A DNA stretch of 64,000 bases, taken from the NCBI GenBank assembly GCA_963785305.1, contig CAWAUV010000007.1:896001-960000 (forward strand). The letters are read 5' to 3'. This DNA comes from an uncultured Planctomycetaceae bacterium. Lineage in GTDB: Bacteria; Planctomycetota; Planctomycetia; Pirellulales; PALSA-1355. Shown here piece after piece: positions 1 through 11,046 of this stretch. The notes under the pieces were generated by a model. It did no database searches. It had not been told where the DNA came from and saw nothing but the letters and a program-made list of their open reading frames with translations. How positions within the stretch are numbered: position 1 is the first letter of the stretch; every line of letters starts with the position of its first letter. Made by a program: the position numbers and the translations under genes.

Positions 1-2
1 TT

Positions 3-548
3 CTGAGCGAATTCGGCGATTTCAAAATCGACAAGGTGATCGTGCGCTTGAACAGCGATCTATGGGAAATGGAAACGTTTCCCGCCGCAATCCGCCAAAT
101 CGCAAACGAGAATCCGAACGAAGCGGTGTTTTACGCGCACGCGAAGGGTGTGTCTCACGCGGGCGCCTCGTTGACGGCCGCAAAGATTTGGACGGCGACA
201 ATGATGAAATTCTTACTTGGAAATCGGGAAAAAGTGATCGATAAGCTTGGGCGCTATTCCGCGGTGGGGAGCTTCAAGGAGAGCAATGGCGCATTCAACA
301 CCAATTGGCATTTCTCCGGCACGTTCTTTGCCATGCGGCACGACAAGGTCTTTACACGCCCGCAGTGGTCGAATTTTCCGCCGCACCGTTACTTCATCGA
401 GTTTTTTCCATCGACCCATGTTCCCGCGCATGAGGCGTTTAATTTGTGTCCTGTTCGGCGCCCCCGTCAGTGGCTTGACGGCGCTTCCTGGGAAGCACTT
501 ATCCCAGCATTGGCCGCGGCCGAGCATGCATGGCTCGAGCCGAAGTGA
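3..548 (+). CDS. Hypothetical protein, 5'-truncated by the window edge; possible glycosyltransferase-like protein
   Basis: Frame open from base 3 to the stop at 548; FYAHAKG and WHFSGTFF motifs resemble uncharacterised glycosyltransferase-like proteins (inference). Confidence 0.5.
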   Translation: MSEFGDFKIDKVIVRLNSDLWEMETFPAAIRQIANENPNEAVFYAHAKGVSHAGASLTAAKIWTATMMKFLLGNREKVIDKLGRYSAVGSFKESNGAFNTNWHFSGTFFAMRHDKVFTRPQWSNFPPHRYFIEFFPSTHVPAHEAFNLCPVRRPRQWLDGASWEALIPALAAAEHAWLEPK

Positions 549-764
549 GCGTCGTTGCAGGTGTTTACGTTCCGGCATCGCGACTGCGTTTTGTCGGATG
601 TCGCGATTATGGAGTGCCGCATACGAATGATCTGGCGATTCCAATTTGAATTCTCGGCCAACCCCGATGGGTTCGCGCTACCGACCCATCTCGCTACCGA
701 CGCTTCCACGCTCTTTCGTGATGTCGATTCCTGAATTTCCGGTTTTTGGGCTCGGTCTGTCGGC

Positions 765-793
765 TTGACAGCGGGCGGGGGGGGTTCTAGATT
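765..793 (+). promoter_or_regulatory. Sigma70-type promoter for the rpmF-fab cluster
   Basis: TTGACA (765-770), 17 bp spacer, TAGATT (788-793), 75 bp before the rpmF ATG. Confidence 0.7.
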
Positions 794-868
794 ACGAGGT
801 TTCCACCGTAAGCAAAAACCATTGAGTTCGACGCCGGCCCTCGGTCGGTGGGTCGAGAGGATTCCGTC

Positions 869-1048
869 ATGGCTGTTCCCAAGCGAAAAAGCTCGAATTC
901 CCGCAGCGGCAGCCGCCGCGCTCATCACTTCATCAAGCCGCGACAACTGGAATACTGCCGCCAGTGCAGCACCGCCATTCCGTCGCACACGATCTGCCCC
1001 AAGTGCGGCCACTATATGGGCCGGCCGATGGTCGAGATCGAAGAGTAA
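869..1048 (+). CDS. rpmF: 50S ribosomal protein L32 (Zn-ribbon form)
   Basis: MAVPKRKSS...CRQC...HTICPKCGHYMG; GAGAGG RBS; upstream of fab genes. Confidence 0.97.
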   Translation: MAVPKRKSSNSRSGSRRAHHFIKPRQLEYCRQCSTAIPSHTICPKCGHYMGRPMVEIEE

Positions 1049-1249
1049 TCGCCGGCCGATTTTTCACGGGTCGAACCGATTCGGGCCAAATTCCACGGGC
1101 TTGGGCGTTTCGCCGTCCCGATGTCGCTGGCGGTTGCCGGCCGCGGTCGACCAGTGATCGATTCGCCGCGATTTCGTTTTGCAAGCGAGTGAGGCATTGG
1201 AGTCGTCTGGGCACTCGGGACACTCGGGGCGACGCGGAGTCACTGGGCA

Positions 1250-2161
1250 TTGAGCAAAATCGCATTTCTATTTCCGGGTCAAGGCGCACAATCGGTCGGC
1301 ATGGGCCGCGCGCTCGCCGAATCGCTGCCGGCGGCCCGCGAGCTGTTTGACCGCGCGAACAATATCCTGGGCTACGACTTGGCCCGAATCTGCTTCGAGG
1401 GCCCTGCCGAAGAGCTCGACTCGACGGTTCACAGCCAGCCGGCTCTATTTGTCGTGAGCTTGGCGGCGGTCGAGCGGTTGCGGAGCGAGGCGCCCGAGAT
1501 TGTTGCCCAGTGTCAGGCGGCGGCCGGCTTGAGTTTGGGTGAATACACGGCGCTCGTGTTCGCGGGAGTGCTCGACTTCGAGGCCGGTCTGCGGCTGGTG
1601 CAGGAGCGTGGCGCCGCCATGCAAGACGCCTCCGACAACACCCCCAGCGGCATGGTCAGCATTCTCGGCCTCGATCGCGAGAAGGTCGAAGCCCTGTGCC
1701 AGGAGGCCCGCCAGGGCGATGTGCTCGAGGTGGCCAATCTGCTCTGCCCGGGCAATATCGCGATCTCGGGCGACAATGCCGCCTGCTTGCGAGCGGCGGA
1801 ATTGGCGCCGAGCCACGGAGCGATCAAGGCGGCGCCGCTCGCGGTGGCCGGGGCGTTTCACACCCAAATCATGGCGCCGGCGGTGGCAAGGCTCACGGCC
1901 GCGCTCGAGGGCGTTCCCCTCGCGCCGCCGCGAATTCCGGTGGTGTCGAATGTCGACGCCCAGCCGCATGGCGATCCCGAGGAGATTCGGGCGATCTTGG
2001 TGCGGCAGGTCTGCTCGCGGGTCCGCTGGGAAGACTCGATGCGGTATTTGCTCGCCCAGGGTTTTGATGAATTTTATGAAGTGGGGCCGGGCCGCGTGCT
2101 GCGGGGTTTGCTCAAGCGGATCGATCGCAAGATTCCCTGCCACGGAGCGCTCGATCCCTGA
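1250..2161 (+). CDS. fabD: Malonyl CoA-ACP transacylase
   Basis: FLFPGQGAQ, GLSLGEY catalytic motif, GAFHT, EVGPGRVL. Confidence 0.97.
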   Translation: MSKIAFLFPGQGAQSVGMGRALAESLPAARELFDRANNILGYDLARICFEGPAEELDSTVHSQPALFVVSLAAVERLRSEAPEIVAQCQAAAGLSLGEYTALVFAGVLDFEAGLRLVQERGAAMQDASDNTPSGMVSILGLDREKVEALCQEARQGDVLEVANLLCPGNIAISGDNAACLRAAELAPSHGAIKAAPLAVAGAFHTQIMAPAVARLTAALEGVPLAPPRIPVVSNVDAQPHGDPEEIRAILVRQVCSRVRWEDSMRYLLAQGFDEFYEVGPGRVLRGLLKRIDRKIPCHGALDP

Positions 2162-2244
2162 TCGATATGCGTCTCGGATCGATCGACCAACTTTTTCGTC
2201 GGGCCGATTCGACCTTTCGGATTTTTAGAAAGCCAAAGAACACA

Positions 2245-3048
2245 ATGAACGATACCGCGAAGGGCGATAAAACCAAGGGCGACGCCGCTCCCTCGCCTGG
2301 AGTCACGTTTGATCTCTCGGGTCGAACGGCGCTCGTCACCGGCGCTTTGCGCGGCATTGGCCGCGCAATCGCGCTCGCCCTGGGCCGGGCCGGTTGCCGG
2401 GTGGCGTGCGTGGCGCGTTCGGTCGATAAGCTCGAAGAGACGGTGGCGGCGATTCGGGCCGCCGGTGGCGAGGGCGAGGCGATCGCCTGCGATGTGACCC
2501 AGGGCGCCAGCATCGATAAGGTGGTGGAGTCCGTCGTCGAAAAATGGAAAAAGCTAGACATCCTGGTCAACAATGCGGGCATCACTCGCGACACGCTCAC
2601 TCCGCGAATGTCCGACGACGACTGGGACTCGGTGATCAACACGAACCTACGCGGGGCGTTTTTGTTTACCAGGGCGGTAACTCGACCGATGATGCAGGCC
2701 CGATATGGTCGAATCATCAATATCGCGAGCGTGTCGGGCTTGGTGGGCAATCCGGGTCAAGCGAACTATTCGGCCTCGAAGGCGGGCATCATCGGCATGA
2801 CGCGAACCGTGGCCAAGGAACTGGCCAGTCGCAAAGTGACGGTGAATTCCGTGGCGCCGGGCTTTATCGCCACGGAAATGACCGACGCCTTGGGGCCGAT
2901 GGTGCTCGACGAGGTTAAGAAACGCATTCCGGCCAAGCGCGTGGGGCAAGCCGAGGAAATCGCCTACGCGGTGCTGTTTTTGGCCAGCGACGCGGCGGCA
3001 TACATTACGGGCCAAACGATTACGGTCGATGGCGGCATGACTTGCTAG
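2245..3048 (+). CDS. fabG: 3-oxoacyl-ACP reductase
   Basis: TGALRGIG, NNAGITRD, YSASK SDR motifs; operon context; start chosen at the ATG at 2245. Confidence 0.95.
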   Translation: MNDTAKGDKTKGDAAPSPGVTFDLSGRTALVTGALRGIGRAIALALGRAGCRVACVARSVDKLEETVAAIRAAGGEGEAIACDVTQGASIDKVVESVVEKWKKLDILVNNAGITRDTLTPRMSDDDWDSVINTNLRGAFLFTRAVTRPMMQARYGRIINIASVSGLVGNPGQANYSASKAGIIGMTRTVAKELASRKVTVNSVAPGFIATEMTDALGPMVLDEVKKRIPAKRVGQAEEIAYAVLFLASDAAAYITGQTITVDGGMTC

Positions 3049-3080
3049 GCGGAGGCGACTCGCCCCGCGCGGCAGTCGCG

Positions 3081-3146
3081 TAAGAGCCTATCCGAGAACT
3101 TCGGCGGGCTCTCACCTTACCCTCTTCCAAACGGGGAAAGGGAAGT
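3081..3146 (-). repeat. MITE/REP-like element, family A, copy 1 (inverted, partly degenerate)
   Basis: GCCTATCCGAGAACTTCGGCG (3086-3106) is the exact reverse complement of the 3' end of the copy at 38804-38881; followed by a CTCACCTTACCCTCTTCC...GGGGAAAGGG hairpin. Confidence 0.8.
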
Positions 3147-3274
3147 GCCGCCGAGGGTCGCGCGATGCATGGAGGCCTAGGAAAAACAGGGTCTTTGGAT
3201 AAAATGACGTGAAGAGCGAGTGGTCGGCCGGCCTGATGATATGGGGAAATCGGGAACTGCCGGGAGAGAAGGTC

Positions 3275-3304
3275 TTGACCCGCGCCGCGCCGATGCTCTA
3301 TCCT
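3275..3304 (+). promoter_or_regulatory. Possible sigma70 promoter for acpP-fabF
   Basis: TTGACC, 18 bp spacer, TATCCT in the ~500 bp fabG-acpP gap. Confidence 0.35.
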
Positions 3305-3547
3305 TGTCGCTTCCAACGGCTTGTCACTCACAGCGAGCGAACAATCGCACTTGAGGTCGGTCGCCGAGATCGTGTATCGGAGGCCCATCGACGATGAGTG
3401 TCGGCGGCGTTGCTCGTCGATGGGGGGCGTGAAGCAAATTGGTTTTGGGGCGAATCGAGTCGTTGGATTCGACGTTCATCACGAGCCGGTCTCCTCGGTC
3501 CCGGGAGAGGCTCATTTCTTGCCAGCGAATAGCGGGGGGTACGTAAG

Positions 3548-3784
3548 GTGGCGTCAGTTCAAGAGCGTGTCATTGATATCGTCGCCGAGCAACTCGGCGT
3601 CGACAAGGAAAAGATCACCGCGGAGACCTCGTTCGTCAACGACCTCGGCGCCGATTCTCTCGACACCGTGGAATTGGTCATGGAACTCGAGGAAGAGTTC
3701 GATATCAATATTCCCGACGACGCGGCCGAAAAGATTCAGACCGTCGGACAGGCTGTCGAATACATCGAAAAAACCCAGTCGTAG
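3548..3784 (+). CDS. acpP: Acyl carrier protein
   Basis: [14 protein letters not shown] phosphopantetheine attachment motif. Confidence 0.98.
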   Translation: MASVQERVIDIVAEQLGVDKEKITAETSFVNDLGADSLDTVELVMELEEEFDINIPDDAAEKIQTVGQAVEYIEKTQS

Positions 3785-3808
3785 CACAACCCAGTCGTAA
3801 ATGGTTCC

Positions 3809-5044
3809 ATGAAGCGCCGCGTCGTCATCACCGGCCTCGGCGTTGTCACGTCGTTGGCCAGCAAGGTCGAAGATCTCTGGAAACGCGTGCTCGAGGGCGA
3901 AAGCGGCATCCACGAACTTCGCCTCTTCGACACATCCGGTTACAAAGTTCGCTTCGGCGGCGATGTGCTCGATTGGTCGACCGAGGGCTATCTCACGGCC
4001 TACGACGCCAAGCGCATCGACCGCTTTACCCAGTTCGCCCTGGTCGCGGCGATCGACGCGGTGCGCGATTCGGGCATCGACTTCGCGAAAGAAGACCCCT
4101 ATCGCTCCGGCGTGATTCTGGGCTCCGGCATCGGCGGCCTGATCGAGATCGAAACCCAGGTCGAGCGGCTGCTGCACAAGGGGCCCGATAAAGTCTCGGC
4201 CTTCACGATTCCCAAGCTGATGATCAACGCCGCCGCCGGCCATGTGTCGATCCAGTTTGGCCTCCGCGGCCCGAACTACGCCGTGGCCACGGCCTGCGCC
4301 AGCGCGACCAACGCGATTGGCGACGCGGTGAAGGCGATCCAGTACGACGACGCCGATGTGATGATCACCGGCGGCGCCGAAGCCGCGATCACGCCCATGG
4401 GCATCAGCGGCTTCGCCAATATGCGGGCCCTCAGCGAGCGCAACGACGCGCCGCAGAAAGCCAGCCGGCCCTTCGACCGCGACCGCGACGGCTTCGTGCT
4501 CAGCGAGGGCGCGGGCGTCGTGGTGCTCGAAGAGCTCGAACACGCCAAATCGCGCGGCGCCAATATCTTGGCCGAAGTGCTCGGCTACGGCGCGAGCGCC
4601 GACGCCGGCCACATTACCCAGCCCGACGCCGAGGGAACCGGCGCCGCGCGGGCGATGGAATGCGCCCTGCGCGACGGAAAAATCGCGGCCGAGGATATCG
4701 GCTACATCAATGCCCACGGCACCAGCACCCCGCTGGGCGATCAGGCCGAAACCGTGGCGATCAAACGCATCTTCGGGCCGCACGCCAAGCGGCTGAGCAT
4801 TTCGAGCACCAAGAGCCAGCTTGGCCACCTGCTCGGCGCGAGCGGCGGCGTGGAACTGGTGCTCGCGGTGCTCGCCCTTCGCGACGGAATGATCCCGCCG
4901 ACGATCAATCTGGAAACACCCGATCCGAACTGCGACCTCGATTACACGCCGAACACGGCGCGGGAGCGGCCGATTCGCGCCGCGATGTCGAACAGCTTCG
5001 GCTTCGGCGGCCACAACGCCTCGGTGATCGTGGGCCACCGATAA
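3809..5044 (+). CDS. fabF: 3-oxoacyl-ACP synthase II
   Basis: [29 protein letters not shown] motifs. Confidence 0.97.
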   Translation: MKRRVVITGLGVVTSLASKVEDLWKRVLEGESGIHELRLFDTSGYKVRFGGDVLDWSTEGYLTAYDAKRIDRFTQFALVAAIDAVRDSGIDFAKEDPYRSGVILGSGIGGLIEIETQVERLLHKGPDKVSAFTIPKLMINAAAGHVSIQFGLRGPNYAVATACASATNAIGDAVKAIQYDDADVMITGGAEAAITPMGISGFANMRALSERNDAPQKASRPFDRDRDGFVLSEGAGVVVLEELEHAKSRGANILAEVLGYGASADAGHITQPDAEGTGAARAMECALRDGKIAAEDIGYINAHGTSTPLGDQAETVAIKRIFGPHAKRLSISSTKSQLGHLLGASGGVELVLAVLALRDGMIPPTINLETPDPNCDLDYTPNTARERPIRAAMSNSFGFGGHNASVIVGHR

Positions 5045-5268
5045 GCGCCGGTCGGGCGGAGTGGACCTCGCGTTTCGCGCGGCATGCCCCGACGACGGGA
5101 AGAGCGTGGCTGCCTTCGGCGGCTCCCCCGTTTACAACTGTTTGGCCGGTTGCCTATCATGTTTGTTTGCCATCGCCCAGCGTTTTTGGAAGCGCTGGCG
5201 TTTCGGGCGCATGTCCGCGGCGGGGCTTTTTTGTCTTTTTCGGGTCGGCTTCGGGCCGGTTTCTTTCC

Positions 5269-6156
5269 ATGAGCACCAAGGGTGAAGCGTTTGCCGGACT
5301 TTCCGTGGCCATGACCACGCCGTTTCTCAATGGCGCCGTCGATTTTGCCATGCTCCGCAAGCAGACCGACTTCTTGATCGCGGCCGGAGTGCAGTGCCTC
5401 GTGCCGATGGGCACCACCGGCGAATCGCCCACGCTCACGCACGACGAGCACGAGCGGGTGATCGGCGCCGTGATCGAGCACACCGCCGGCCGCGCGAAGG
5501 TCATGGCCGGCGCCGGCTCGAACAGCACCGCCGAAGCGCTGCGGCTCACCAAGAGCGCTGCCCGCGCCGGGGCCGACGCGGCCCTGATCGTTGGGCCCTA
5601 TTACAACAAGCCGACCCAAGAAGGCTTCTATCGCCACTTCAAGGCGATCGTCGAAGAAGTCGATCTGCCGATCTGCGTGTACAACATTCCCGGACGCACC
5701 GGCAAGAATATCGAGCCCGAAACGATCATTCGCCTGGCCGAGCTGAAGAATATCGCGATGCTCAAGGAAGCGACCGGCCAGATGGATCAGGCTTCGCAGG
5801 TGCTGGCCACGACGAACCTCACCGTGCTCAGTGGCGACGATAGCATGACCCTGCCGCTGATGGCGATCGGCGGTCGGGGCGTGATCTCGGTGGTGGGCAA
5901 TATCGTGCCCGGCGACATGCTCGCGCTGATTCGCGCCTTCGAGGCAGGAGATCTAGCCAAGGCCCGCCAGTGGCATCACAAGCTGTTTTTCCTATGCCGC
6001 GATCTGCTGGGCCTGTCGACGAACCCGATTCCGATCAAGGCGGCGATGAAGCTGCTCGGTCGCGACACGGGCGAACTGCGGATGCCGCTCTTGCCCCTGG
6101 AACACGATGGCGAAGCCCGCCTGCGCGCCGCGCTCTCGAAATACGGGCTCCTCTAG
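5269..6156 (+). CDS. dapA: 4-hydroxy-tetrahydrodipicolinate synthase
   Basis: [39 protein letters not shown]; real start MSTKGE lies inside ORF 4660..6156. Confidence 0.96.
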   Translation: MSTKGEAFAGLSVAMTTPFLNGAVDFAMLRKQTDFLIAAGVQCLVPMGTTGESPTLTHDEHERVIGAVIEHTAGRAKVMAGAGSNSTAEALRLTKSAARAGADAALIVGPYYNKPTQEGFYRHFKAIVEEVDLPICVYNIPGRTGKNIEPETIIRLAELKNIAMLKEATGQMDQASQVLATTNLTVLSGDDSMTLPLMAIGGRGVISVVGNIVPGDMLALIRAFEAGDLAKARQWHHKLFFLCRDLLGLSTNPIPIKAAMKLLGRDTGELRMPLLPLEHDGEARLRAALSKYGLL

Positions 6157-6197
6157 TGCTTTGTCACGGTCGAAACGACGGATTGGATTCGTTCCGT

Positions 6198-6281
6198 GTG
6201 CCCCATGCCCTCGGTCCCGCGTGGGCATGAGGACCGCGCGTTGCGCTTGAGAACATGCCCACGCAAGCGTGGGCATGGCAC
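6198..6281. repeat. REP/REPIN-like palindrome doublet, family B, copy 1
   Basis: CATGCCC...CGTGGGCATG and CATGCCCACGCAAGCGTGGGCATGGCAC in inverted arrangement between convergent genes. Confidence 0.85.
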
Positions 6282-6340
6282 GCGAGCAAACGGGGTTACC
6301 TGCCATTTCAGCCGTGACAAAGCACTCGGCCGCCCGCGGG

Positions 6341-7281
6341 TTACGACAACGATTTGTTTCTCTTCGCGGGCTGCACCAAAGCCGCTCCCGAGAGGCCGGA
6401 GACGATTTTCCGGGCGACGCTTCCGAGCGACAGATCGAACACACCCCGTCGGCCATGCGTTTCGAGGGCGACCAGGGCGTCTTCCATTTGGGTTGCTTCT
6501 TCGAGGATCGCGGCCCCTGGATCGGCGCTGACGATCACCTTGGTCTCGGCTCGGAGGCCGCTGGACTGCAAGTGTTTCGCGATTCCCGTCAGATATCGCC
6601 GGGCCTCGGCGATTTCGCGCTCTTGGATGTGGTGCAGTTCTTGGATCAGCGTGGGAGTTCGCGCGGAGAGGCTGATAAGGTCGAGCTCCGGCGCCGTGCG
6701 GGGAATATCGCTGATCACCCGGACCAAGCGGCAGGAAGCTCCGGTCAATTGGGCGAACTCCGCGACGGGCGCGAGAATCTCCTCGGCCACCGCCGAGCCA
6801 TCGAGTGGAACCAGAATTTCGCGCGGGCCGGCGACATGCGGCGAGTCGTCGCCGGATTTCTTCGATCCGAGCATCAGGAGCGGAACGGGCGAAATCTGCA
6901 TCAACTCGACGGCGACGCTGCCGAGCCAAAGTCGCCCCAAGGCGCCGCGGCCGTGCGTCGTCATCACGATCATGTCGATCTTCGCGGCCTTGGCGTGGTT
7001 GGCGATCATGCGCGCGACGTGCGATTCCGTGAGCAGCGCGACATCAATGGGAACTTGCGTCTGGAGCCGAAGCTCCTTGGCGATCCGTTCCAGATAACTC
7101 AGCCAAAGGTCTTGAACATAGCCCGAAGCATCGTCACGGCCTCCGAAGAAATGCCGGGTTTCCGTGGCGACGGCAACCAAATGAAGACTCGCGCCGTGCG
7201 CTCGGCAATGTTGATTGCCACCGGCAGCGCTTGCTCGGAAAACATGGAGCCATCGAGCGGGGTCAGAATCGAGCGATACAT
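6341..7281 (-). CDS. Tandem-domain universal stress protein (frameshift near 7190)
   Basis: MYRSILTPLDGS, DMIVMTTHGRG..LGSVA, EILVPLDGS, ETHGRRG..LGSVA; joins ORFs 7099..7281 and 6341..7432. Confidence 0.9.
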
Positions 7282-7446
7282 GGAATCGGCCCTTACAAGT
7301 CAATGGTGTTGGGAGCTTCGGAAAGGCGCCGCCGAACCGACGAAAGGCGTTGTGGGCGATTGCCGGCGCTCGAGGGGGAAACTGGCGGTTTTCATCGCCC
7401 AAGCATTCTAAAAACGAGCCAGTTCCCCCCACGCCGAGATAGGGGG

Positions 7447-7950
7447 TTACTTCTTGAAAGGCGGAACATTCAGCAGCTTCAAAAGTTGCTCATGTTCGTC
7501 GGCCGCCGCTTTCAGCTCTTTCTCCGCTTCGGCGCAATGCTTCATCACCGTGGCCGAATCGCCATCTTCCATCGCTTCCTTGTCGAGCATGACGCAAAGT
7601 TGGGTCGCTCGCTGTCCATGCGCGTTGATCGAGGCGACGAGTTTCGCGACCGCCGGATTTTTCTGGGCGGCCTCGCTGACGCGTGAGTACGACCGCTTCG
7701 ACGACTCGACGTTGGAGCGAATTGCGCTCGCGTGTTCCTCGATCACGGGCGCCGGCACCGTGGCTCCCGCGGCCGAATAGCGGTTCAGCAGTTGGGCATG
7801 ATCGTAGGCGTGGTCGTTGTAGTTTCCGCCCGACCAGATTTCATAGGCGTCGCCGCGAATTTTCGAACCCGCGTCGCGCTGGGCCCAAGCGGGCCGGGCC
7901 ACCGACGACAATCCCACAACGACTAGCACCGCCGTAATCCAGGTTTTCAT
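7447..7950 (-). CDS. Secreted helical His-rich hypothetical protein
   Basis: Signal peptide MKTWITAVLVVVGLSSVARPAWA; helical body with several His and two Cys. Confidence 0.75.
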   Translation of the reverse strand: MKTWITAVLVVVGLSSVARPAWAQRDAGSKIRGDAYEIWSGGNYNDHAYDHAQLLNRYSAAGATVPAPVIEEHASAIRSNVESSKRSYSRVSEAAQKNPAVAKLVASINAHGQRATQLCVMLDKEAMEDGDSATVMKHCAEAEKELKAAADEHEQLLKLLNVPPFKK

Positions 7951-8046
7951 GACAATTCCCCACGATAACGATGTTATTTGCATCGCCAGCCCGAAGGGCG
8001 TCCGGCGCCGTTCGATTCATGCTGACTGACAATGGTCGGGGAGTCA

Positions 8047-8062
8047 TGCAGGTTGCATGCCG
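8047..8062 (-). promoter_or_regulatory. Sigma54 (-24/-12) promoter upstream of the secreted protein / usp genes
   Basis: Minus strand CGGCATGCAACCTGCA = GG-N10-GC, close to consensus TGGCACG-N4-TTGCW. Confidence 0.6.
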
Positions 8063-8257
8063 AGCCGTTTTCGGGGGGACGATTCGGCGCTGTAAGTCGT
8101 ATTCCTCGTGGAAGATCGGGCTCAAAAAACGAATATAAAATCGCCTTCCTTGGCGAGGATGCCGGGCGGTCGAAAGTGGGCGATTTCATGGGCGTGTGCG
8201 GTTTCGTCACAAAATGAAAGATCGAAACCGGCTGGCACGCGGCGGCGCGCCAGGGGC

Positions 8258-8850
8258 TCATCGGGGCGCTCGGAAGAGTTTTTCGAGCGAGAGAACTTCG
8301 GCGCGGCGTCGACCAATTTGATGTTTCGATCGGCGGCGAGCTCTTGCAGCCTCCGGAAAGCTTCGCGCTCGTCCACGCCGGGCACTTTCATCAACATGCC
8401 TTTCGCCTGCTCGACGAGCTTGCGTTCGACGAGCGCGAGCTTCAGCTCGCTGGCTTCCTCGCGCAAGGCTTGAAAGTCGCGAAATCGCTGCATGGCCAAA
8501 GTGATCGCGGGCGGCAGATCCACTTGGCCGATCGGCTTGACCAAATAAGCGAGCACATGGTCGCCCGCGGCGCGGCTAATCAACGACGCTTCGTGATAGG
8601 CCGAAACAAGAATCACCGGCGTCGGACGCAGGCGGCAAATCTCGGTGGCCGCCTCGATGCCATCAATGCCGGGCATCTTGATATCGGTAATCACGAGGTC
8701 CGGCTGGAGCACCTGGCAATGTTCGATGAGTTGTCGGCCGTTTTCGGCGGTGGAAACGACATGATGCCCGAGTCGCGAGAGCGCGCGTTCGAAGAAGTCG
8801 CGCATATCCGGCTCGTCGTCGGCGATGGCGATTCGCAAGGAGTCGCTCAT
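8258..8850 (-). CDS. ANTAR-domain response regulator (REC-ANTAR)
   Basis: IADDE, DIKMP, YLVKP receiver; LVERKLVEQAKGMLM...EREAFRRLQELAADRNIKL ANTAR; probable frameshift near 8300 gives the end AEVLSLEKLFRAPR* at 8258. Confidence 0.92.
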
Positions 8851-10285
8851 GATTCGCTCCGCGGCAGAAGAATCGAGATTTCGGCGCCCGGTCCGTCATG
8901 GTCGGCGACTTCGATCGCGCCGCCATGCGATTCGACGATCCGTTTGGCGATCGCCATTCCCAGGCCGGTGCCTTTGCTCTTGGTGGTAAAAAACGGCTCG
9001 AAGATTCGGGCTCGCTGTTCGGGAGTCATGCCTGGCCCCGTGTCGCGAATATCGATTCGCAGGGCCGACCGCCCATCGAGCGTCGCCGCGTTGCAAGAGA
9101 CGCTCACGCTCGACCGAGGCGGCGCCGCTTGGATCGCATTTTCGAAGATATTGCGAATCACTTGCCCCAGGGCGAAGTAATCGGCGCGGCAGATCGGGTC
9201 GGTCTCGACCTGCTCGTTCAGCGCGATCACGCCCTTGGTTCGCGTGTGCGCCAAGTTGGACCAGGTTTCGCGCCACAGGGCCGCCACATTGCAGGTGTCG
9301 CGTTCGAGATTGATTGGCGCGGCGTATTGCCGCACTTCCTCGTACAGACGTTGCAGGTCATCTTGGGCCCTTTGGACGTGCGCGATCAAATCCAGGGCGA
9401 CCGGATGGTTCTCGAGTTCCATCACCAGCATTTCCAGGCAAGCTTTGCTGCGCTGCACGCGCGTTGCGGCCTTCATGCACCAGCCCGGCCATGGTCTCGC
9501 CGATCGCGGCCAGGCGTTCGGCTTGCAGCGCCTCTGTGTTCGGCGCCTTTGCGGGCCGTGACATCGCGAATCGAAATCAGATTCAAGCCGGGCAAGAAAT
9601 CGGCGACCGCCAGATATTCGATATCGACCTGGCTCCCGTCGCGACAAAACATGACTCCCTGCACAAGCTGCTCGCCGCCGCGCAAGATGCGCTGCAATGT
9701 CCGGGGGCCGTCGAGGTCGGTCTCCGAGAGATGGATCAAGTCGGTCAGCGAGCAATCGCCGATGTCGCTCGAATATCCCAGAATCGAGCGGGCCTCGCGA
9801 TTCAGTTCGACCAGCCGCCCGTTCGAGTCCACGATCAGCAGGCCGTCGAGCGTGTTGTCGAAGATCGCGCGCATGCGCAGTTCGCCGCGGCGCAGCGCTT
9901 CGGCCGAGCGCCGGCGGTCGGCCACGCGATCCAAACTTGCGCGGAGCGCTTCGGGATTGATCGGCTTGAGAATATAGTCGGCCGCGCCCTGCCGCAGGGC
10001 GGCGATCGCGCCATCGAGATCGAGCAGCCCGGTGACCATGATCACGCTGGCCTGGGGCGCCAAATTCCTCAGTTGCCGCAGGAGATCGATTCCATCGGCG
10101 TCGGGCAGGCGGCGGTCGAGCAGAATGGCCGTGTAGCGATCCCAGCCATCGCGAGCCAAGGCCGCCTTGGCCGTGCCTACCGAGTCGACCGACCAGTGGG
10201 TCAGTTCGAGGATATCAGTCAGATTCATTCTGGCGTCGACATCGTCTTCGATGATGAGAACACGGAGCAGTTCGGTGTCTTTCAT
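8847..10285 (-). CDS. Hybrid sensor kinase REC-PAS-HisKA-HATPase (frameshifts near 9540 and 9460)
   Basis: IIEDD/DRRLP/YILKP receiver; AIFDNTLDGLLIVD PAS; ERLAAIGETMAGLVHEGRN H-box; NIFENA, DTGPG, FEPFFTTK, GTGLG boxes. Confidence 0.9.
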
Positions 10286-11046
10286 GGCGTCGTCCGATCA
10301 CTACTGAGTCGACGAATGGTTCCGAGCAATTTCGACATATCGAAGGGCTTGTAACACACGGCGCCGACGCCTTTGCGCACCGATTCTCGAATCAACTCCG
10401 TCGATTCGCCGCCATGGGCGGTGATTAAAATCACTTCGATCGAAGGCGCCTGCCGCTTGGCCGATTCAAGCACGTCGATTCCCCCGCCATCGGGCAGTAT
10501 CAGATCGACCAGCGCCGCGCGAAATGGGGCGCGACCGATTTGGGACCGCGCCGCGGCGACATTGTGGGCCAAAGCCACGCGGTAGCCCTCGGCGCGCAGC
10601 ACATCCCAAAGCGATTGACAGAGGTCTTGGTCGTCGTCGACCAGGAGGATCAACGGCTGATCCAGGGCTTTCGAGACATGGTCGAGCAGACGCTCGAAAT
10701 CGACCGGTTTCGACATTACTTTCCACGCGCCGGCGGTCATCGCCTCCTCGGCGGTCGTGTTGCCGGCGTAGGCCGTGATAAGGATCGCCACCGTTTCGGC
10801 CGAATGATGCCGAATGTGTCGATACAAGGCGAGGCCGTCCATGCCCGGCATTTTCAGGTCGAGCAGCGCCACATCATAGCGCTGCTCGCCGAGCAATCGC
10901 AGGGCGCCTGGGCCATCGGAGGCCACGTCCACGTGGTATCCGAGCTCGCTGAAAATATCGCGCAGGTTCTCGCAAATATCGGGCTCGTCGTCGACCACGA
11001 GAATCCGCGTCGCATGGGCCTGTTGCACCACGAAATCCTTATTCAA
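10282..11046 (-). CDS. Dual receiver-domain response regulator
   Basis: Two complete REC domains (VVDDE..DLKMP..SKP; LVDDD..DLILP..YKP), no output domain. Confidence 0.92.
   Translation of the reverse strand: MNKDFVVQQAHATRILVVDDEPDICENLRDIFSELGYHVDVASDGPGALRLLGEQRYDVALLDLKMPGMDGLALYRHIRHHSAETVAILITAYAGNTTAEEAMTAGAWKVMSKPVDFERLLDHVSKALDQPLILLVDDDQDLCQSLWDVLRAEGYRVALAHNVAAARSQIGRAPFRAALVDLILPDGGGIDVLESAKRQAPSIEVILITAHGGESTELIRESVRKGVGAVCYKPFDMSKLLGTIRRLSSDRTTP

Noticed and set aside
5045..5268. Lysine riboswitch before dapA (hairpins and T-tract present)
   Set aside because: No L-box consensus recognised; more likely the fabF terminator and dapA promoter
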